Source: Stylophora pistillata (lineage: Eukaryota). From it: a stretch of 64,000 bases of DNA. The notes under the pieces were generated by a model. The model was not told the DNA's origin, made no database searches, and saw only the letters and a program-made list of their open reading frames with translations. Below, one piece after another: positions 37,501 through 51,900 of this stretch (the stretch's first letter is position 1; every line of letters begins with the position of its first letter). Location of the stretch: the NCBI RefSeq assembly GCF_002571385.2, contig NW_019218626.1, positions 1-64,000 of the forward strand, read 5' to 3'. The position numbers were made by a program, and so were the translations under genes.

Positions 37501-39796
37501 ACCATTTGCTAAAAGCTCGTCCAGCTGTTGATCTATGGTCTCCCTCTTGTGTGGTGGTATGCGACGAGGAAGCTGCTTCATCGGAGCATACTCGCCAGTG
37601 TTAATTTCATGTTTCATAAGATCTGATTTTCCTAAATCAGAATTGTTCATTGCAAATATGCTCTCATATTCGTCTATCAGTAGGAAAAATTTCCTTTACT
37701 GCTCCTCTGAAAGCCCATCTGAATTTTGCTGGATAACTTTTGTCCTCCTATTCTCTCTTTCTGTACTTTCCTGCTTGTCCTCCCCCACATTCCTTTCTAT
37801 GACTGAACAGTATGGATGGTAAGGTGCTGATGGACTGGGACCAGTTTCGATGGGAGTAGCACTGCCGTTTACACCGCTAAAAGGATGGAATTCAGCAACA
37901 GGGAGATCTGATCGTAATCTGACAACTCTGTTGGTGAAGTTGGTCACTCGCACGGGACTCCGTCCAGCCTTTGGCACTACTTGGGAACGAGCAATACCTA
38001 TCTTAGAAACCTCCTGTAGTTCTTTTGACCCCTCCAGGATTCCAGGGCTTCCGGAATTCTGTTCTGTTCATAACCTCCTTCTAATCTAGCTCTTATCACC
38101 TGTTCAGTCCAGGTTGTAGCTGTGCATCAGCACATGAAAACATTTTACAGGCACTTGGTGTAGCCTTTCGGTATCTGATTGGAATTTCCGAATCTCCTAC
38201 TACAAGAGTTTCGTGTCATAGTGAATTTCACTCTGATAGTGTTGAGAGAAATCTAAACCCAAAACAAAGTCATGGGCTAAACCCTGCACTATTATAACAG
38301 GCCAGGAGAATTCCCATACGAATTCGCCCTTTAGTTTCACCCAGAACAGTCAGCTCATTGCCATCAGCTGTAGCAAGTCTTCCAGCAATTGGCCCAGGTT
38401 TGAAAACAGTTCCACTTTTTTTCCACACACTTTCACTAAACACACAGACAGTAACACCAGTGTACAATAGTATACACATCAAACGATGGTTAACAAGTCC
38501 CGAGAAATAAATTCCAGACTCTGATAATACGGACAGCACACTTTCATTTCGAGACACACCGAAATTCTCCATAATAAAATCAGTTTCTACTGGGCCTACC
38601 TGACCTTGTCCTACGGGGACTGGTTGGCCCTCCACAGGCCCCGTCTTACGTTTCCTGATACTTTCGTTGGACAATCCCGTGCAAAGTGACCTTGTCTGTG
38701 GCAAGAATAGCACACTGCGTCATCTCGGCGCCTCGGAGGTGCTGTTGCCCTTGTCTCTTTTTTTCTTTACACTTCCTTAATTTTCTCGTTCATGCCCAGA
38801 ACAAGTTCCTTAAGCTCGCGTATCTCTGTCGAAATCCTCTCGTTTCCAGCCGAGGCACTGACTACAATCACGGATTGCTTCTTCTCAACTGACGGAGCCG
38901 CTTGACATGCTTTAAGTGCGCTTTCCGACTGGCGAACCACGCGAACTTCCTCCACGAGTGATCCCGGTTGACTGATAAATAACTCCTCTCGTATGTCATT
39001 TCTCACTACCACTCCTTGAATAAACTGATCTCTAGCCAACTCCACTTTGAATGGATAAGCAGCGTCTGGGTACGCATTTTCGACTAATTCTAGTAAGCTA
39101 TTGGCGAATCCCTCGAAATCTTCGTTCGGTTTCTGTCACCTCGCGCGTAGCTGCAATTTGTAATCCTCCCTCGTCTTACCCGAATCGAATCTCTTTATCA
39201 ACTGTGCCGTAAAGTCGTCAAATGACAGGAACGTTGAAAGCTTGAGCAGTTCCACTGCTTTAAAGGCCGGCTGGTCCAACATTGTGAGTAAATACGCTCG
39301 AAAATCCGACGGCTTGATGCGCACAAGGTCGGCATACTGCACGATTTGCCACAGCCATTTTTTAAAACTCTGTCCCACAGAGTAAACACGCGGCGCTCGT
39401 ACATTTCTCCTCGCTTCGCTTACCTGACTTGATATCATCATACTCTGCTTAAGTGCCTGTACTAACTGTTGCAGGTCACTGTTCCCTTCGTTTGCTTCAC
39501 TCTTCATCGGTTTCTCCGGCTTATGTTCCGGCGGAAAATCTGGCGGTAAACCGCCTTCGGCACCTTTAGGTATTTTCACTTGGTCTTTGTCCATTTCCTC
39601 TGCTCAAAATCCCAGACCGTTGCCACCAATGTAAGAAAATGTCTTTAAGTCGACAATTCACACTTTAATCCGCGAAACTAAATTCTACACGCAGATAGTA
39701 GCTTTTTATTCCACGACTAAGAACACACCTCGAAAACAACAGCTTGTGGTCGAAACATACTTCGTATAAGAAAAACTATTCAGTCCTTCTCTTACA
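34541..39796 (-). mobile_element. Gypsy/Ty3 LTR retrotransposon, degenerate; short LTRs 34541-34708 and 39630-39796
   Basis: TGTAAG...CTTACA LTRs; PBS TGGTGGCAACGG; PPT GGAGAGG; TSD GCCT/ACCT. Order gag, protease (LLYTGVTVCV, catalytic D lost), RT (MPFGL, YLDD), RNase H (LDTDAS), integrase with internal deletion. Confidence 0.95.
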
Positions 39797-40844
39797 ACCT
39801 GATTTACTCGTCAGAAACGTACCCAGTAAGCTCTGTAACTCCGGCTTCTTCACAAGTGCTTATATTCTGTTTTGGCGCTGTTTTCTAAAAAAAGAAAGGT
39901 TTAATAGTGGTCCTGTGATGAGACGTCACGAGACCAAGTTGAACTACGTGTTTTGGGACTAGAAGGCTATTAACCTGATCAGAGTTATATTTATCATGTC
40001 TTCTCTGATATTTTAGGCGGTTAATTTTCCACATATATCTAATTATTTTATTTGATGAAATTTTGACAGCTAAACAAAGATCCTATGACAGTATATCACC
40101 AGGCACTGGAGGTGCTCTCTCGTGCAGGGCCCTTGCCATTCTACCAACACACAGGAAATTCTTCGTGCCTATTTTGTTGGCTGAGGTTGAAGACGTTTTT
40201 GTTCGCCTAGTAGTTTCCTGAGTTGAAAGTTCAATTGAAATAACGAATAAGCCTCAAATAATGGCTCATTTATACTAACCAGCCGAATATAATTTTATGT
40301 TCAGCGTACCTTAAACTATATATATATTTTCCTACTGGAAATCCTCTTGGAATTTAGAAAACCTGTGCCATTTTTGCCAATTATATTCCTGCAAGTGGCC
40401 CATAAGTTATCGTAAGGTTCTTTTTTTTTGTGTTGAATGAGAAATATCTTATCACTAATCCCTGGGTTTCAAGTGCTTTTAAAACTTTTTTCGAGGGCTT
40501 AGCGCTTCAATAGTAAACATGCCCACTTACATTCATCACGTCAGTGTACATACTTGAAGACTTTCAAGAATTTTTTCCAAACTTAGAAAAAAATGTACAA
40601 GATTTAGCCACAGGGAAGTTTGTGCAGATGTTTTGCGGTTGTACACCCTCAGGTATAGGTATAAAGAACGTTCTATGAAAGGAATAAAATTTCAAATCCT
40701 TTGAAATAGAATATAGAATCAGCCTTATTCAACACAAACCTCTAGAACAAAAGTTTATCCTTTGAATCGGCACTCTTAACCCCCTAGGCGTCAGCAAACG
40801 CTTTTCATTCTACTTATTCATTCGTGGTTTTCTCGTCACCATGT

Positions 40845-41055
40845 TCTCACCAATAGCGTAGCTCCACTTTCTACATTTAAACCCACACGCAACTGACGAT
40901 TCCTCCATTCGCTCTGCCGAAGGGCTAACGCTCGAAAGTTAGCTTTCTTAACTTACCAGTGGCCAATTTAAAATCTCAACTCAGTTGATATAACAAAATT
41001 ACCTTGTTACCCCCACCGACGCAGCACCACAATTTATTTAGAAACTTACACCCCT
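40845..41055 (+). mobile_element. Penelope-like pLTR fragment with degenerate hammerhead
   Basis: GCTCTGCCGAAGGGCTAACGCTCGAAAGTTAGC..CCCCACCGACGCAGCACCAC; same family as 7240 and 56703. Confidence 0.7.
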
Positions 41056-42747
41056 CTTATTCAACACACTCTCTTAATTCCATGGTGGACTACTCAATTT
41101 GATATTATTCCTCGCCAACTCTGAAAAAATGATCGATATCCCATTATTTTCTCTTCTCTTAAGCCATCTACCATCTGAGAGTTTAAAACCACAGAATATG
41201 TCTCACTGACTATGAAGCATGCAAATTTTGCTTTATAAAGTCTGGTTATAAGACTAATATGTCGGGTGCCTTTAGATTATCTCCTCTAAAGTATTAAAAC
41301 CACAGGCGGCCCAACCTCTCTTTGAGAACCACACAAAAAACACAATTTGCATATGGATTTATAAGGATATGTATAGGATTTCCTACAAGATATCCATGGA
41401 GATAGTTAAAAGTAAAAATATTAAGTAAAAATGGCTTACCTTACTCTATACGTGTGTTGTTTGCACCTGGTGTCGTTATTTTGATTTAACTTGATTTATG
41501 CGGATTTTTTTAATTCTGGTTTTCTCTTCTTAAAGAGAAGACAAGGCCAAACACTTCTGTCCCGACATCCTGCGGAAGGAAGTAAAAAATCCCAAAAAGT
41601 TTTGTTGATAAGTTGAGGTCTAGTACCCCCGCGATTCCTGGTTTGCCAACATGACGAGGTTACCAAGCCGACTTCAACGGTCGCTGTGTCGTGGTTAAAA
41701 TGACGCGGATGTCTGCCGTCGTTTAGCGTTTCACTGAGGACACGAAGAGCCGCCTGGCGTCGATCGCAGGGCTGAGATTGTGTGGCTAGAGAAATAAAAA
41801 ATGAAAGATCAACCTTTGCCCTTGAATTTTGCGGTGGATTTGTGGCCGTGGGTACATTTTATCTTGGGGTTTTTTACTTCGTTCGGCAGGCTGTCCGCAA
41901 ACAACGTTTCCTTTAATTCCAGTCCTTTTTTTTCAACTCTCGATAACTGGAACCTTTTCCAATGTCCCTTTAAGGTTCGAGTTCTCGATTGATGGTAGTA
42001 AGACTTTAAAAAGGCAAGGAAGGATAAAACGGAACCTCATAGAGAAGGACGAAGAGAGAACGTTCTTTGGGCACATGAAATAAACAACTATAATTAAGAT
42101 AGACAGGAAAATGTTACAGAGGAAAATGGAAGCACTCGATTTTGAGTCCAGAAATGTTCTTTAAATTTTTATAGAGCTGTTTCATATGTCCCCAATGATT
42201 ATTAACCCTACAAGTAAGATCCTCTTTAATACAAATCTCTCTGTTCGTGATAATGGTGCTCGCTCTGTCTCTTTTAGCTTTACCACAAGACTAACATGTC
42301 GGGTTTCTTTAATTTTTTAAGCCTTTAAAGAATTTATCTGAAGGAATTTATTTGAATTTATTTATTTTATCATTTGTGCTTGTACAAATGAAGACACTGT
42401 ATTTGTAAACTTAAACAAAACTATTGAAACATTTTGTGTCTTGGTAGCTTACCCTCCCCCTCTCTGCAATGAATGTCGTCTGGCTTATAATGAGGAGTTG
42501 CGAGTAATGTCAAGCCCTATGTATTACAACAGTGGGTAATGGGAGAAGGGAGAATAGGCACGTGTAAAGCATTCAGTTGTTTTCAGTCTTTTACAAATAC
42601 ACACACACAGACACAATAAACGAGCATCCTATCTTAGCTCTTTAAAAAAGAAGACATCAGACACTCAACATTTTCGAGCAACCACAGTTCCTGCACTATG
42701 TTGACAAGCACTATTTAATCAACACTCCTTTATATTACTTTTCGTAG

Positions 42748-42819
42748 GTATTTGAACAATAACCAGTTGAAGAAACTACCACCAGGCATTTTCAGTAACA
42801 ATACCCAGCTGAGATGGCT
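42748..42819 (+). CDS. CUB-Ig-LRR receptor gene: LRR exon 2 (72 nt)
   Basis: CGTAG|..YLNNNQLKKLPPGIFSNNTQLRWL..|GTAAGT. Confidence 0.9.
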
Positions 42820-43734
42820 GTAAGTTGAGAGTTTGTCTTTTTTTGTGAAAGAAACGCGTCAAATCCAACGCGCACTGGTGAAAATTTCAGTATATACGAG
42901 CAGCCATATTTTAGCTCCAAATAAAATCAGCTACGAAGTAGGAATATTCTGTTTAAATGGACAGGGATTTTATTTCCCCCCTGCAAGTACAATGGTGGAA
43001 GCAAGGGGAGGGGGGGAAGTTAAAGTCATACATGCCACCTGCGGACCCCACCCTCCTACCCCTAACCTTCATCCCTCTCCTCACCTCTGCTGAACATTAC
43101 GTGTCATTCTCATACATAAAGATATATCCTTCAATTTTGCTCGCTATGGACATATCAAAGAATACTTGTGAAGGAAATTTGTCGATGAAATTTTCATGGA
43201 CCAGAGTTTCCTTTCGTGGTGTTTTTTGTACTCTCCTTGTCAAATACTATGCTCCTAAATCTAGCCTTTTACAAGTTTTCCCATGTTAAACTTCCTTGGT
43301 CAAAAACTGCCATAGCTCGTGGAAAAGAAAATCTAGTAAAAACCAAAGAAAAACCTCATCCATACCATGAAGCGACATTTCACAGGGTAGAGCTCAAAAC
43401 TTCGTAGAACAAATCGAAACAGGGTCAAGTCAATAAACAGTGGAGTGCTCCTTACTTTAACTACTGTTATATCTTTCTGGTGTGGAAGTAAAAAAGGCTC
43501 GCTCGTAACACTTAGGGTGTTTAACTTGCAAAACAAGGATATCAAAATGTCATACAATCTTTAGTTAGCTCAGTACTATTTAGTCATTCGTTCATATCTA
43601 GTGCGGGGTTAACAAGACCACTCGAAATCAATGGAAAAACTGCTTTAAAAGGAGGTGAGCTCAGATTTTATATGTGCGTAATGATGCTTAAAGGACCAAT
43701 TTCAAAGCCGATCAAAAGAGGAAGTAAAGCATTG

Positions 43735-44494
43735 TAACTACTATTAACTTATCACGGACGGCAAAGAGATCCTGTCAGCAGAAAGGACCGCAGATCCGAT
43801 CGTTATTGCTGTTTGTGCTCTTAACATCCAGCCTCTGACCACGAGTCTACAGGTGGCTTCCACAGTGAGGCAATGCTGTTTCGCCGATGATGCGAGTGGG
43901 GCAGGCTCTACTACAGAAATCAAGAGAGAGTGGGTCATGCTGAGTACAGTGGGTCTAGATTTTGGCTACTTTCCAAACGAAAAGAAATGCTGAAATATCG
44001 CAAATCCACACCGAAGAACGAAAATGTGAAAGAGTATTCAAGAGTACGAAAATTAACATAAATGGGGAGGGGAAGAAATATTTGGGCGCGGCGACAGGCT
44101 CACGAGAGTGTCTAGAGGAATACACCAGTGGAAAGGAGTCTGATTGGGTCAGTGAAGTAGCTCAATTGGCAGAGTTTCCTTAGACACAGCCACAAGCATG
44201 CTATGCCGCTTCCACATCTTCCTAGGAATACTGCCCGACAGCCAGGATCTACTAGAGCCATCGGAAAATGTAATATATCACCTGCTTATTCCTGTGATAA
44301 CGGAACATATTATATTTTTAGATATTCAGTAAATCTATTTATTTTATTTTAGCCGTTAATTATAAGTATTGCATAGGATTGTATTTTGTAATGTCATTGT
44401 ATATTATGTCGATTTCTTTTGTTATTTGTTATTTTTCTCTCGGAAAAAATTAGTTTTTAATAAGCTACTCTTAAACTCGAGAAAAGATAAAGTT

Positions 44495-44537
<43 letters not shown>

Positions 44538-45400
44538 CACAGGTGTAATGAGCTAGATAGGGATATCCTTGCGATCCGAGTTCGTCTTGGAAGCCTGTGC
44601 CGTGGAAATTCAGGCCGAGAAGCAAGTGTAGAGAACGCTTCATCAGTCAAAGTGAGAAGATGTGTCGAGGCGTTCTGCGCAATGCGAGCGCTGGACCTGA
44701 CAGCTGAAAAAGGGTCAATAGTGTGGCTAACAGTACTGCCTCCTCAGGAATCAGGCTTCAACCTAAATAAACAGGAATTCCTTGATGTTGCCAAACTATC
44801 AAAATATTCCCTCCAGGTGTGTATGTGGGGAGGCTTTTACGCTACACCACCCCATGATTTGTAAACGAGAGGGATTTTCATAAAAAGACAGAATGATCCG
44901 AGGGACCTGGCAGCTGAACTGTTGAGTACGGTATATGGCGATGTGGAAGTTGATACCGTACTTCAAGACATCAGTGGTGAACAGCTGAAAAGAGGAGCTG
45001 ACAGAGCAAAAGGCGCAAGATTGAACCTTCACGCACGTGGATTCTGCGAACAACAACGATCGGCATTCCCTGATGTCAAGGTCTGCCACCCAAATGCCGA
45101 ATCCTATAAGAACATAGAGCCACAACAGATCTACAGAATGCATCAGAATGAAAAGAACAGCCAGTACTCAAGGAGAGTTCTCGAGATTGAGCCCTAAACA
45201 TTCACACTCCTAATATTTACCACAACCGGCGAAATTAGACTCGCAGAGCTGATAGCTTTAAAGCAGGGAGAGAAAAGCGCAAAAACAATGTCTTGGATTG
45301 GGGGAAAAACATCTTTTGCTTTATGACGAACCGCCCTTATCTGATTAAAGGGTTCAAAGGCAGCGAAGAGAGTCCCCAGTGATGCAACGAATACTTATTT
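43735..45400 (+). mobile_element. CRE-like RLE non-LTR retrotransposon relic (copy A)
   Basis: QCCFADDASGAG, DFGYFPN, KYLGAATGS, EKGSIVWLTVLP, ARLNLHARGF..SAFPDVKVCHPN (restriction-like endonuclease), YSRRVLEIE. Confidence 0.75.
44499..44536. repeat. (TATG)n microsatellite
   Basis: Directly visible. Confidence 0.9.
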
Positions 45401-46249
45401 TCACAGAGTGAGCGATTCGATCGTGAAATTTGAGATTTTAGGTTTTAAGAGAGAATGTTACCAACGGCCAAACATTTGGTGGCAACAGCCAAAAAATTGA
45501 TTCGGCTCATATTCTTAAGTTAGGTAGGCCTTGTGGTGAAACAAAGCACTGCATACTTCGTTTGGCTAAATATCGATTTATTTTCGAGAAAATCGATAAT
45601 AACTGAGTTTCGTCCAAATGCCGCTGTTCAAGCTGAATCTTTCAGACAAATCTCGGAGCGTCGCGCCACGAACTGAAAACACTTGGACCGATAAAAACTA
45701 CCAAATCTTGAAAAACAACATGAATACATATGTTGAGAGCAATTTGGGCAATTCTTGATCGTTTATTTACACAATGTAATTGAATTTAACCGAAATTCTT
45801 CTAACAAGATTAAAAATAGGTCAAAAGTAACCCGTTATTTATCTATGTGCTATACAAAATAATCGACTGTAAATCTGGCCTTTGGAAGGCGAAGTGTGAT
45901 TCTTTTCGTTCTCCAAAATATTTTTTGAGGAAATGATTCAATGCGGCAGGAGCTGATAAAGCATAAGGCGCAAAGTTGGACCTTCACACACGTGCAACCT
46001 GCAAACACCAACGATCGGCATTCTCAGATGTCAGGGTCTGCCACCAAAATGCCGACTCACATAAGAACATAGACCCACAGCAGATCTACTGAATGCATGT
46101 TAATGAAAAGAAGTCAGTCGTTGGGCTGTATATAAAAGGATATATAACTTATTTTGAATACCATAATTCAAACGGGTAAGAAAACCATTTATGAAAGCAA
46201 GATGAGTTTGTTGAGAGCATCATTCAGTGTTTTCTGAGCAAAATAAAAC

Positions 46250-48165
46250 CTCGCTCAAGTATCCAATTTATTGGAGCGAGTTCTTACAACTTGTAAGTAG
46301 AACAGAGTACCTTTGCAAAGCAGGACCATCATCTGCCTTAATCTGAGGAGATTTTGTTACTTGATCAATGAGAGCAGTCGCTATTTTGTAGCTTTCACAA
46401 TATCTATCGTTGAGGAGTGCTCTTGTAGTCTTGTAGCCTTCTGCGGGATCCATTGACAAACAGCTTTACATTAACTCCTTCACTTCCCCTGACGTTTAGT
46501 GGACGAGATAGTACAAACGAGAGCTCGGGCTGCTTGTCTTTGACTCTATTAAATTCTCAAAGGCTCGTACAAAGTCCGAGTACTTAACAGGATTGCCTGA
46601 AAATACCGAGATCTCTGGCTGTGGCAACGACATCGCTAATGTTTGAAGCTGCTGCTGTTTCAGTAATTCTTGACGCTGTTGATTTTGTTGTTGTTGCAGC
46701 TTCTGAACCTCAATTGTGTGACTGACACTCGTGTGACTAAGATCTAGATGTCGTTCCAATAGTTTACTTTCAGTACTTTCACCACTACTTGTATAGGGGG
46801 AGTGTGTGTAACCTTTCAACTCACAGGCATCTGGGATTAAAGGACTGCAATCCTTCCCTGTCTGATCAATCGCAACTTCCACAGTTTCTTTATCTTTATC
46901 TTGATATGGGGTGGAAATCGAAAATTGAGCTACTGGGGTCAGTGTAAGATTTTCTTGACATTCAGGGACAATCACAGTGTTGCCCTCCTTAGTTTCATGT
47001 GAAGTCGGTGACTGACCTGATGGTTTTGGTGGACTTTGCTCTTCGCAATGATTGTACACCTTTTCTTCTGCCTCGGCCTTTGTTAGCTCGGTTTCCAGCT
47101 CGAAATTCTCTTTCTTCTGCTTCGGCAACAGCTCTTCTAACTGAATATCCTGCCGTGTCCTCAATGCGGATGCTTCTACTGACAAGGCAGCTTTCTTAGC
47201 AGAGGCTCTCAGCCTTGCACTTGAGGCGGTGCTTGACTGTGAGATATTGGAGCTTGCGTTAGATTTGGACTTACGCCTTTTAGAACTCACAGCAGACTTT
47301 GAATTGACAGAACCAATATTATTGATAGAATATTCGGGATGAAGACTAATGGCAAGATCTAATTCTTCTTGGAGCTTAAACTCAGCTGATTGTAACCACG
47401 CATCAAATGACTGAAACACGGCGGTTCCCACACGCTTCACTGATTCAAAATACTCGATTGAGTCCCGAAAGGCACTTCCATCAATCAACTCAGCGTGATA
47501 CTTATCATGTGCTTCGTAAAAGTTTCTCATAGCTAACTCAAACTCAAGAAACTTCGCTCTAACCTGATCAACCTTGTCAGAGTTCTCCACGAGCTGGATT
47601 AATTCGCGCTGTCTTCTGGTGACGACCGCCTTTGAACCAGACCGGCTACGCTTTAAGCGAAGAATTCTCTCATGAGCGGTGCCCTCTACGGTTTTCTTTC
47701 TCAACCCACGTGAGTCCATGTTAATCCACAACCGATCCACAAGCGAAGAAACAAGTTATTGATGGCACAAGATCAATCAAAGAACGGATAATTCCATTGC
47801 ACAATCGATGAAATCCAAGACGATAAGCAGCGAATCCAATGTAAATCTTCAAAAGCAAATGTAGACTTGAATACTCGAATAAGGTTTTAATTACGAAGAT
47901 CTGGCTTGACTGTACAAAAGAGGAAACAAACGTAAAAAAGACGAAGCGAAACGAAAATACTACAGTCACAACATACTCACAAGATTTGTGGACTCGCAGG
48001 AAACGTAAAGAAAACATTCATGAGAAAAAATAAACAAACATTTAGGACCGAACTTTGACTTCTGGAGGTCCGAGCACATGGTCCATACCATAATACCAAC
48101 AGTACATGACGTAGATTACCACTCCCGCGCGGACTGAACGCGGGAAACGTTTTGTAACTTACACG
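46250..48165 (-). mobile_element. Truncated BEL/Pao element: 5' region and gag (ORFs 47740-46496 and 46459-46268), lying between CRE-like fragments
   Basis: [41 protein letters not shown] is homologous to the gag of the 23527-30282 element; flanked by CRE-like pieces at 45950-46115 and 48190-48600. Boundaries approximate. Confidence 0.8.
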
Positions 48166-48599
48166 TACACGCCGTGTTTAGTTCAGTTGGCAAAAAACGC
48201 AGTCAATCGCGAGAGAACAGAAGAACTTAAAGACACGACAGTTAAGATTAGGGCGAGAGTACCTCAAAATATCACGCAACTGCGCAGAATACTGCTTGCG
48301 ACATGTACTTACAGTGCCCAGTTTATCAACTAGCAAATAACAGTTTGCATGAAAAATAGGAAAAGCTTTTTATACACTGACTGTGAAGGTTCGAAAATGG
48401 TTCATTGGATTATACAACTTGAGGATTAGCTCCCCTACTGAGTACCGATTGAGTCGCTCTCTCTTCTTAGAGGACCTTCAAATTGACCGCTGATGGGCTT
48501 CAAAGAGTACTCGGATGTGTAGCAAAACCCTGCACGTTGCGAATACTCGACCTGAAAGCTAAAAAAGGGTTATTAGTGTGGCTGACGGTACCTCGTCGT

Positions 48600-48950
48600 T
48601 TATGTAGTGAAGACTGATTTTTTCGACAGATCAGAGGCAATGTGCCAGCTTTTTGAAGAAGGTGGCTATCCTGTTTCTGTTATTCAAGTGGGCCATTACT
48701 GCGCCCAACTTATTGATCGACAGTCAGCATTTCAAAGGTTACATAAGAAGAATTCCTACCGCATTCCATTCACTCTCACATTTCACACCCACAACCACGC
48801 AGTTAAATCGTTATTGTTTTGAATTACTTCAAAACCATCCAGAGACTGGCATTATGTTTTCGCAACCTCCACTTTTTACATTTAAACGCGACAAAAACAT
48901 GGGCAACTTTTTGGTCAGAAGTTCATTTTAAACTAATGACCAACCCGAAC
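48600..48950 (+). mobile_element. Penelope-like element ORF fragment (post-RT region)
   Basis: MCQLFEEGGYP..RIPFTLTFH..FSQPPLFTFKRDKNMGNFLVRS is typical of PLE RT-to-GIY-YIG linkers. Confidence 0.7.
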
Positions 48951-50059
48951 TTTGAAATGGGTACTTGTGTAAGAAACGCGTCAAATCCATCGCGCATTGG
49001 TAAGACTACCAGCAAATATGAGCAGCGACGTCTTAGGTCCAAATGAAATCAGCTACGAAGTAGGGATGTTCTGTTTACGTGGACAGGGATTTTATTTTTC
49101 CCTGCAAGTACAATGGTGAAAGCGACTNNNNNNNNNNNGGGGGAAGGGAAGAGAGGGAGCGAAGGTCGATTTCAGGTCACATGTTGATCAGAGTAAATGA
49201 GTAAGATGGTTAACCTGTGACTTTTATGTTGGAACTTACCAGGTATACCAGGCGCGGTGGCTTATCTTTTTGTCTTTAATATTTGTGCCGTTACGAATGA
49301 ACCCGCTGTTGAAAATCTGAGACAAAAGTAAAGGAGATTGTGTGCAGTTGCTCCAAACATTTTCCTTTACCAGCTTTCTTGATAGCTTACCCTCCCCTCC
49401 TCCCTTCAAACAGTATGGCCTTTCCTTTAGTAAGGACTGCACTAAATGACCATGTGTTTATTTCTTACACAAACATTATGCTAATAAATCCAGGACGATA
49501 TTGCCAGTTGACAGACTGTCCTCAAGAAGGAGATATGATCATCCATGAACTGAAAAGAAAAAAAAAAGGACCATTAGGAATAATCAGAAAATCGATAGCT
49601 GGCAGAGCAATGACGCCATGATGACCTAAGACAAAGAGTCACAAAAACAACGGCCATACACTCGGACTAAGCCAACGTGCACTTGACTTCTGTTTTGATA
49701 AAAGTAAAGCACAGATATCGAGATTTACTGTAGTATTTTTCTTTTTTCCGAAAAAAAAGATCGTACATATAGGAAATTTACATAATAGAGATGGAATGTG
49801 TGTCCTCAACCGTTCCGAATAAGCGATCGCAGCTCGACTTTAAATGTAATGACTTTTCCCATACGTTGCAAGACCTTTCAACCGACGTTATTGAAACTGC
49901 TTTTGATGCCAAGATCTCTCTGTGCTATATCAAGTGAATGGAGTTCCAAGGGCCATAAAAATCAGCGACGAAAATGCGAATCTAAAATGTGGGGCTAGTC
50001 TAAGATTTAAAAAGTTGGACCGTGACGCCATGTTTTATGAGGTCATGTAGACAACACTC

Positions 50060-50720
50060 CTACAGGAAAATTTGATCTCGCGACCAATTTAAAAACACGT
50101 CTAATAAGGCTATAGATCTAGAGGTATCAGTATTGCCTAGTACCGGTGCAACAATTGTCGAATCATCAGCATATATGAATAACGCAGGGAAGCCATCATA
50201 TGTAATTTCAAGATCGTTAAAAAATATATTAAAGAGATGGGGGCCACTAACACTATCTTGTGTAGTACCCTTATTGATGGTTTTCCAGCTGGAGTGATAT
50301 ATACCAAACAAAATGCGTTGCTGTCTACTTGATAAGAAACTTTGATACCAATTAACAAGATATGGAGATACACTTAATTGTTTAAGCTAGGTGAACAAGA
50401 GATTATGTTTCACCGCGCAGCTTTACAGTTATTATCATCTAGGTATTTGCAAATCTGGTGCTGAATAGTTAGGAGTGCAGATGTGCAATTCCCACCCTCT
50501 CTGTACGCGAAGTATGTTGATCGTTCTCTGCATAACTATGTTTAGGCGGTTGATATATTCCGCACACAAGAAATCTATACCCTTAGGGGGGCAGAGAGGT
50601 ATGCAAATTACTTCACAAAGCTTTGAGAGATAAACATCCACACCATATAGGTTGTTCTTAACGTAAACAGCCACGCCGCCCTTGTTCTTCATATGAAGGC
50701 TTGACCAGTTCCTATCCCTC
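50060..50720 (-). mobile_element. LINE fragments (APE endonuclease and RT pieces)
   Basis: KGGVAVYVK; KGTTQDSVSGPHLFNIFFNDL; YADDST. Confidence 0.7.
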
Positions 50721-50721
50721 C

Positions 50722-51900
50722 TTGTAACTACTATTAACTTATCACCGATGGTAAAGGGATCCTGTCAGCAGAAGCCGGGACCACAGGCAGATCCAATCGT
50801 TATGACTCTTTACGCTCTTAGCATCTAGCCTTTAATCGCAGGTCTACAGGTGTCCATAGTAAAGCGGTGCCGGTTCGCCGACGATACGGATGAGGCAGGC
50901 TCTACAACAGAAATCAAGAGAGGGTGGGGCATGTGGAGAAGCCTGGGGTCTAGTATTTGATTCCGCTCTAAACGACAAGAACTGCTGGACAAAGCCACAC
51001 AAGAAATAAGTTAGTGAGAAGTTGTCTGATTGGGTCAGTGAAATAGTTCAATTGGCAGAGTTCCCTCAGGCCATAGGCATGCCATGCCACTTTCATATCG
51101 GCGAAAGTACCCTTATTGGTCAGTAGATCAGATCAGTCGAACACTGCCCGACAGGCAGTGTTCCACTAGAGCCACCGGAGAATAAAATATCTCAGGTGCT
51201 TATTCTGCAATAACTGAACACAGGTGTAATCACTTAGATCAAAACATCTTTGTGCTCCCTGTCCGCCTGGGAGGCCTGTGCCATCGAAACCCAGGGCGGG
51301 AAGCAAGTCGGAAGTACGTTTCATTAGTCAAAGTGACAGCGCCCCTCGTTAAGCATACCCCATCTCAAACACACCAGCTACAAGACGAGGTATTAGTAAG
51401 TCGGCACAAAACGCAGTCAATCGCGAAAGAGCAGAGTATCTTATAAACACGACAGAGAGGATTAGTGCGAGGGAACCACCAGAGATCAGGTCCCCGCCCA
51501 GAATGTTATTGTCTCTCGTGACATATACTTACAGTGCCCAGTTTATCATCGAGCGCAATACCAATTTGCATGAAACACAGGAGTAACTTTTCCATATGTT
51601 GACTGTGTAGTTCCGCAAATAGTTCATCGGATTATTCACGCTGTATATCAGCTTCCTTTCTGTAGAGCATCTAAAAATGCCATTTTACAAAGCAAATTCG
51701 ATAATGGCTATCGAAAACGCACAAAACGAACTTTGGTACAGTACTATGAATATGTTTATTGAACCCTTATGCTGGAAAGTACATGCTGGCTCGATGTTCA
51801 AGAGCAACGAGGAGAGTCCCTAGCAATGCAATGAATACTTATTTTCACGTCCAGACAACAGAGTGAAATTTCAGATTTAAGGCTTTAAGTGTAGAGGTGT
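50722..51900 (+). mobile_element. CRE-like relic (copy B)
   Basis: TTGTAACTACTATTAACTTATCAC junction identical to 43733; FADD, LPVRLGGL. Confidence 0.7.

Noticed and set aside
46496-47740. 414-aa open ORF as a domesticated gag gene
   Set aside because: It is followed immediately by stops and truncation within gag; length alone does not support domestication.
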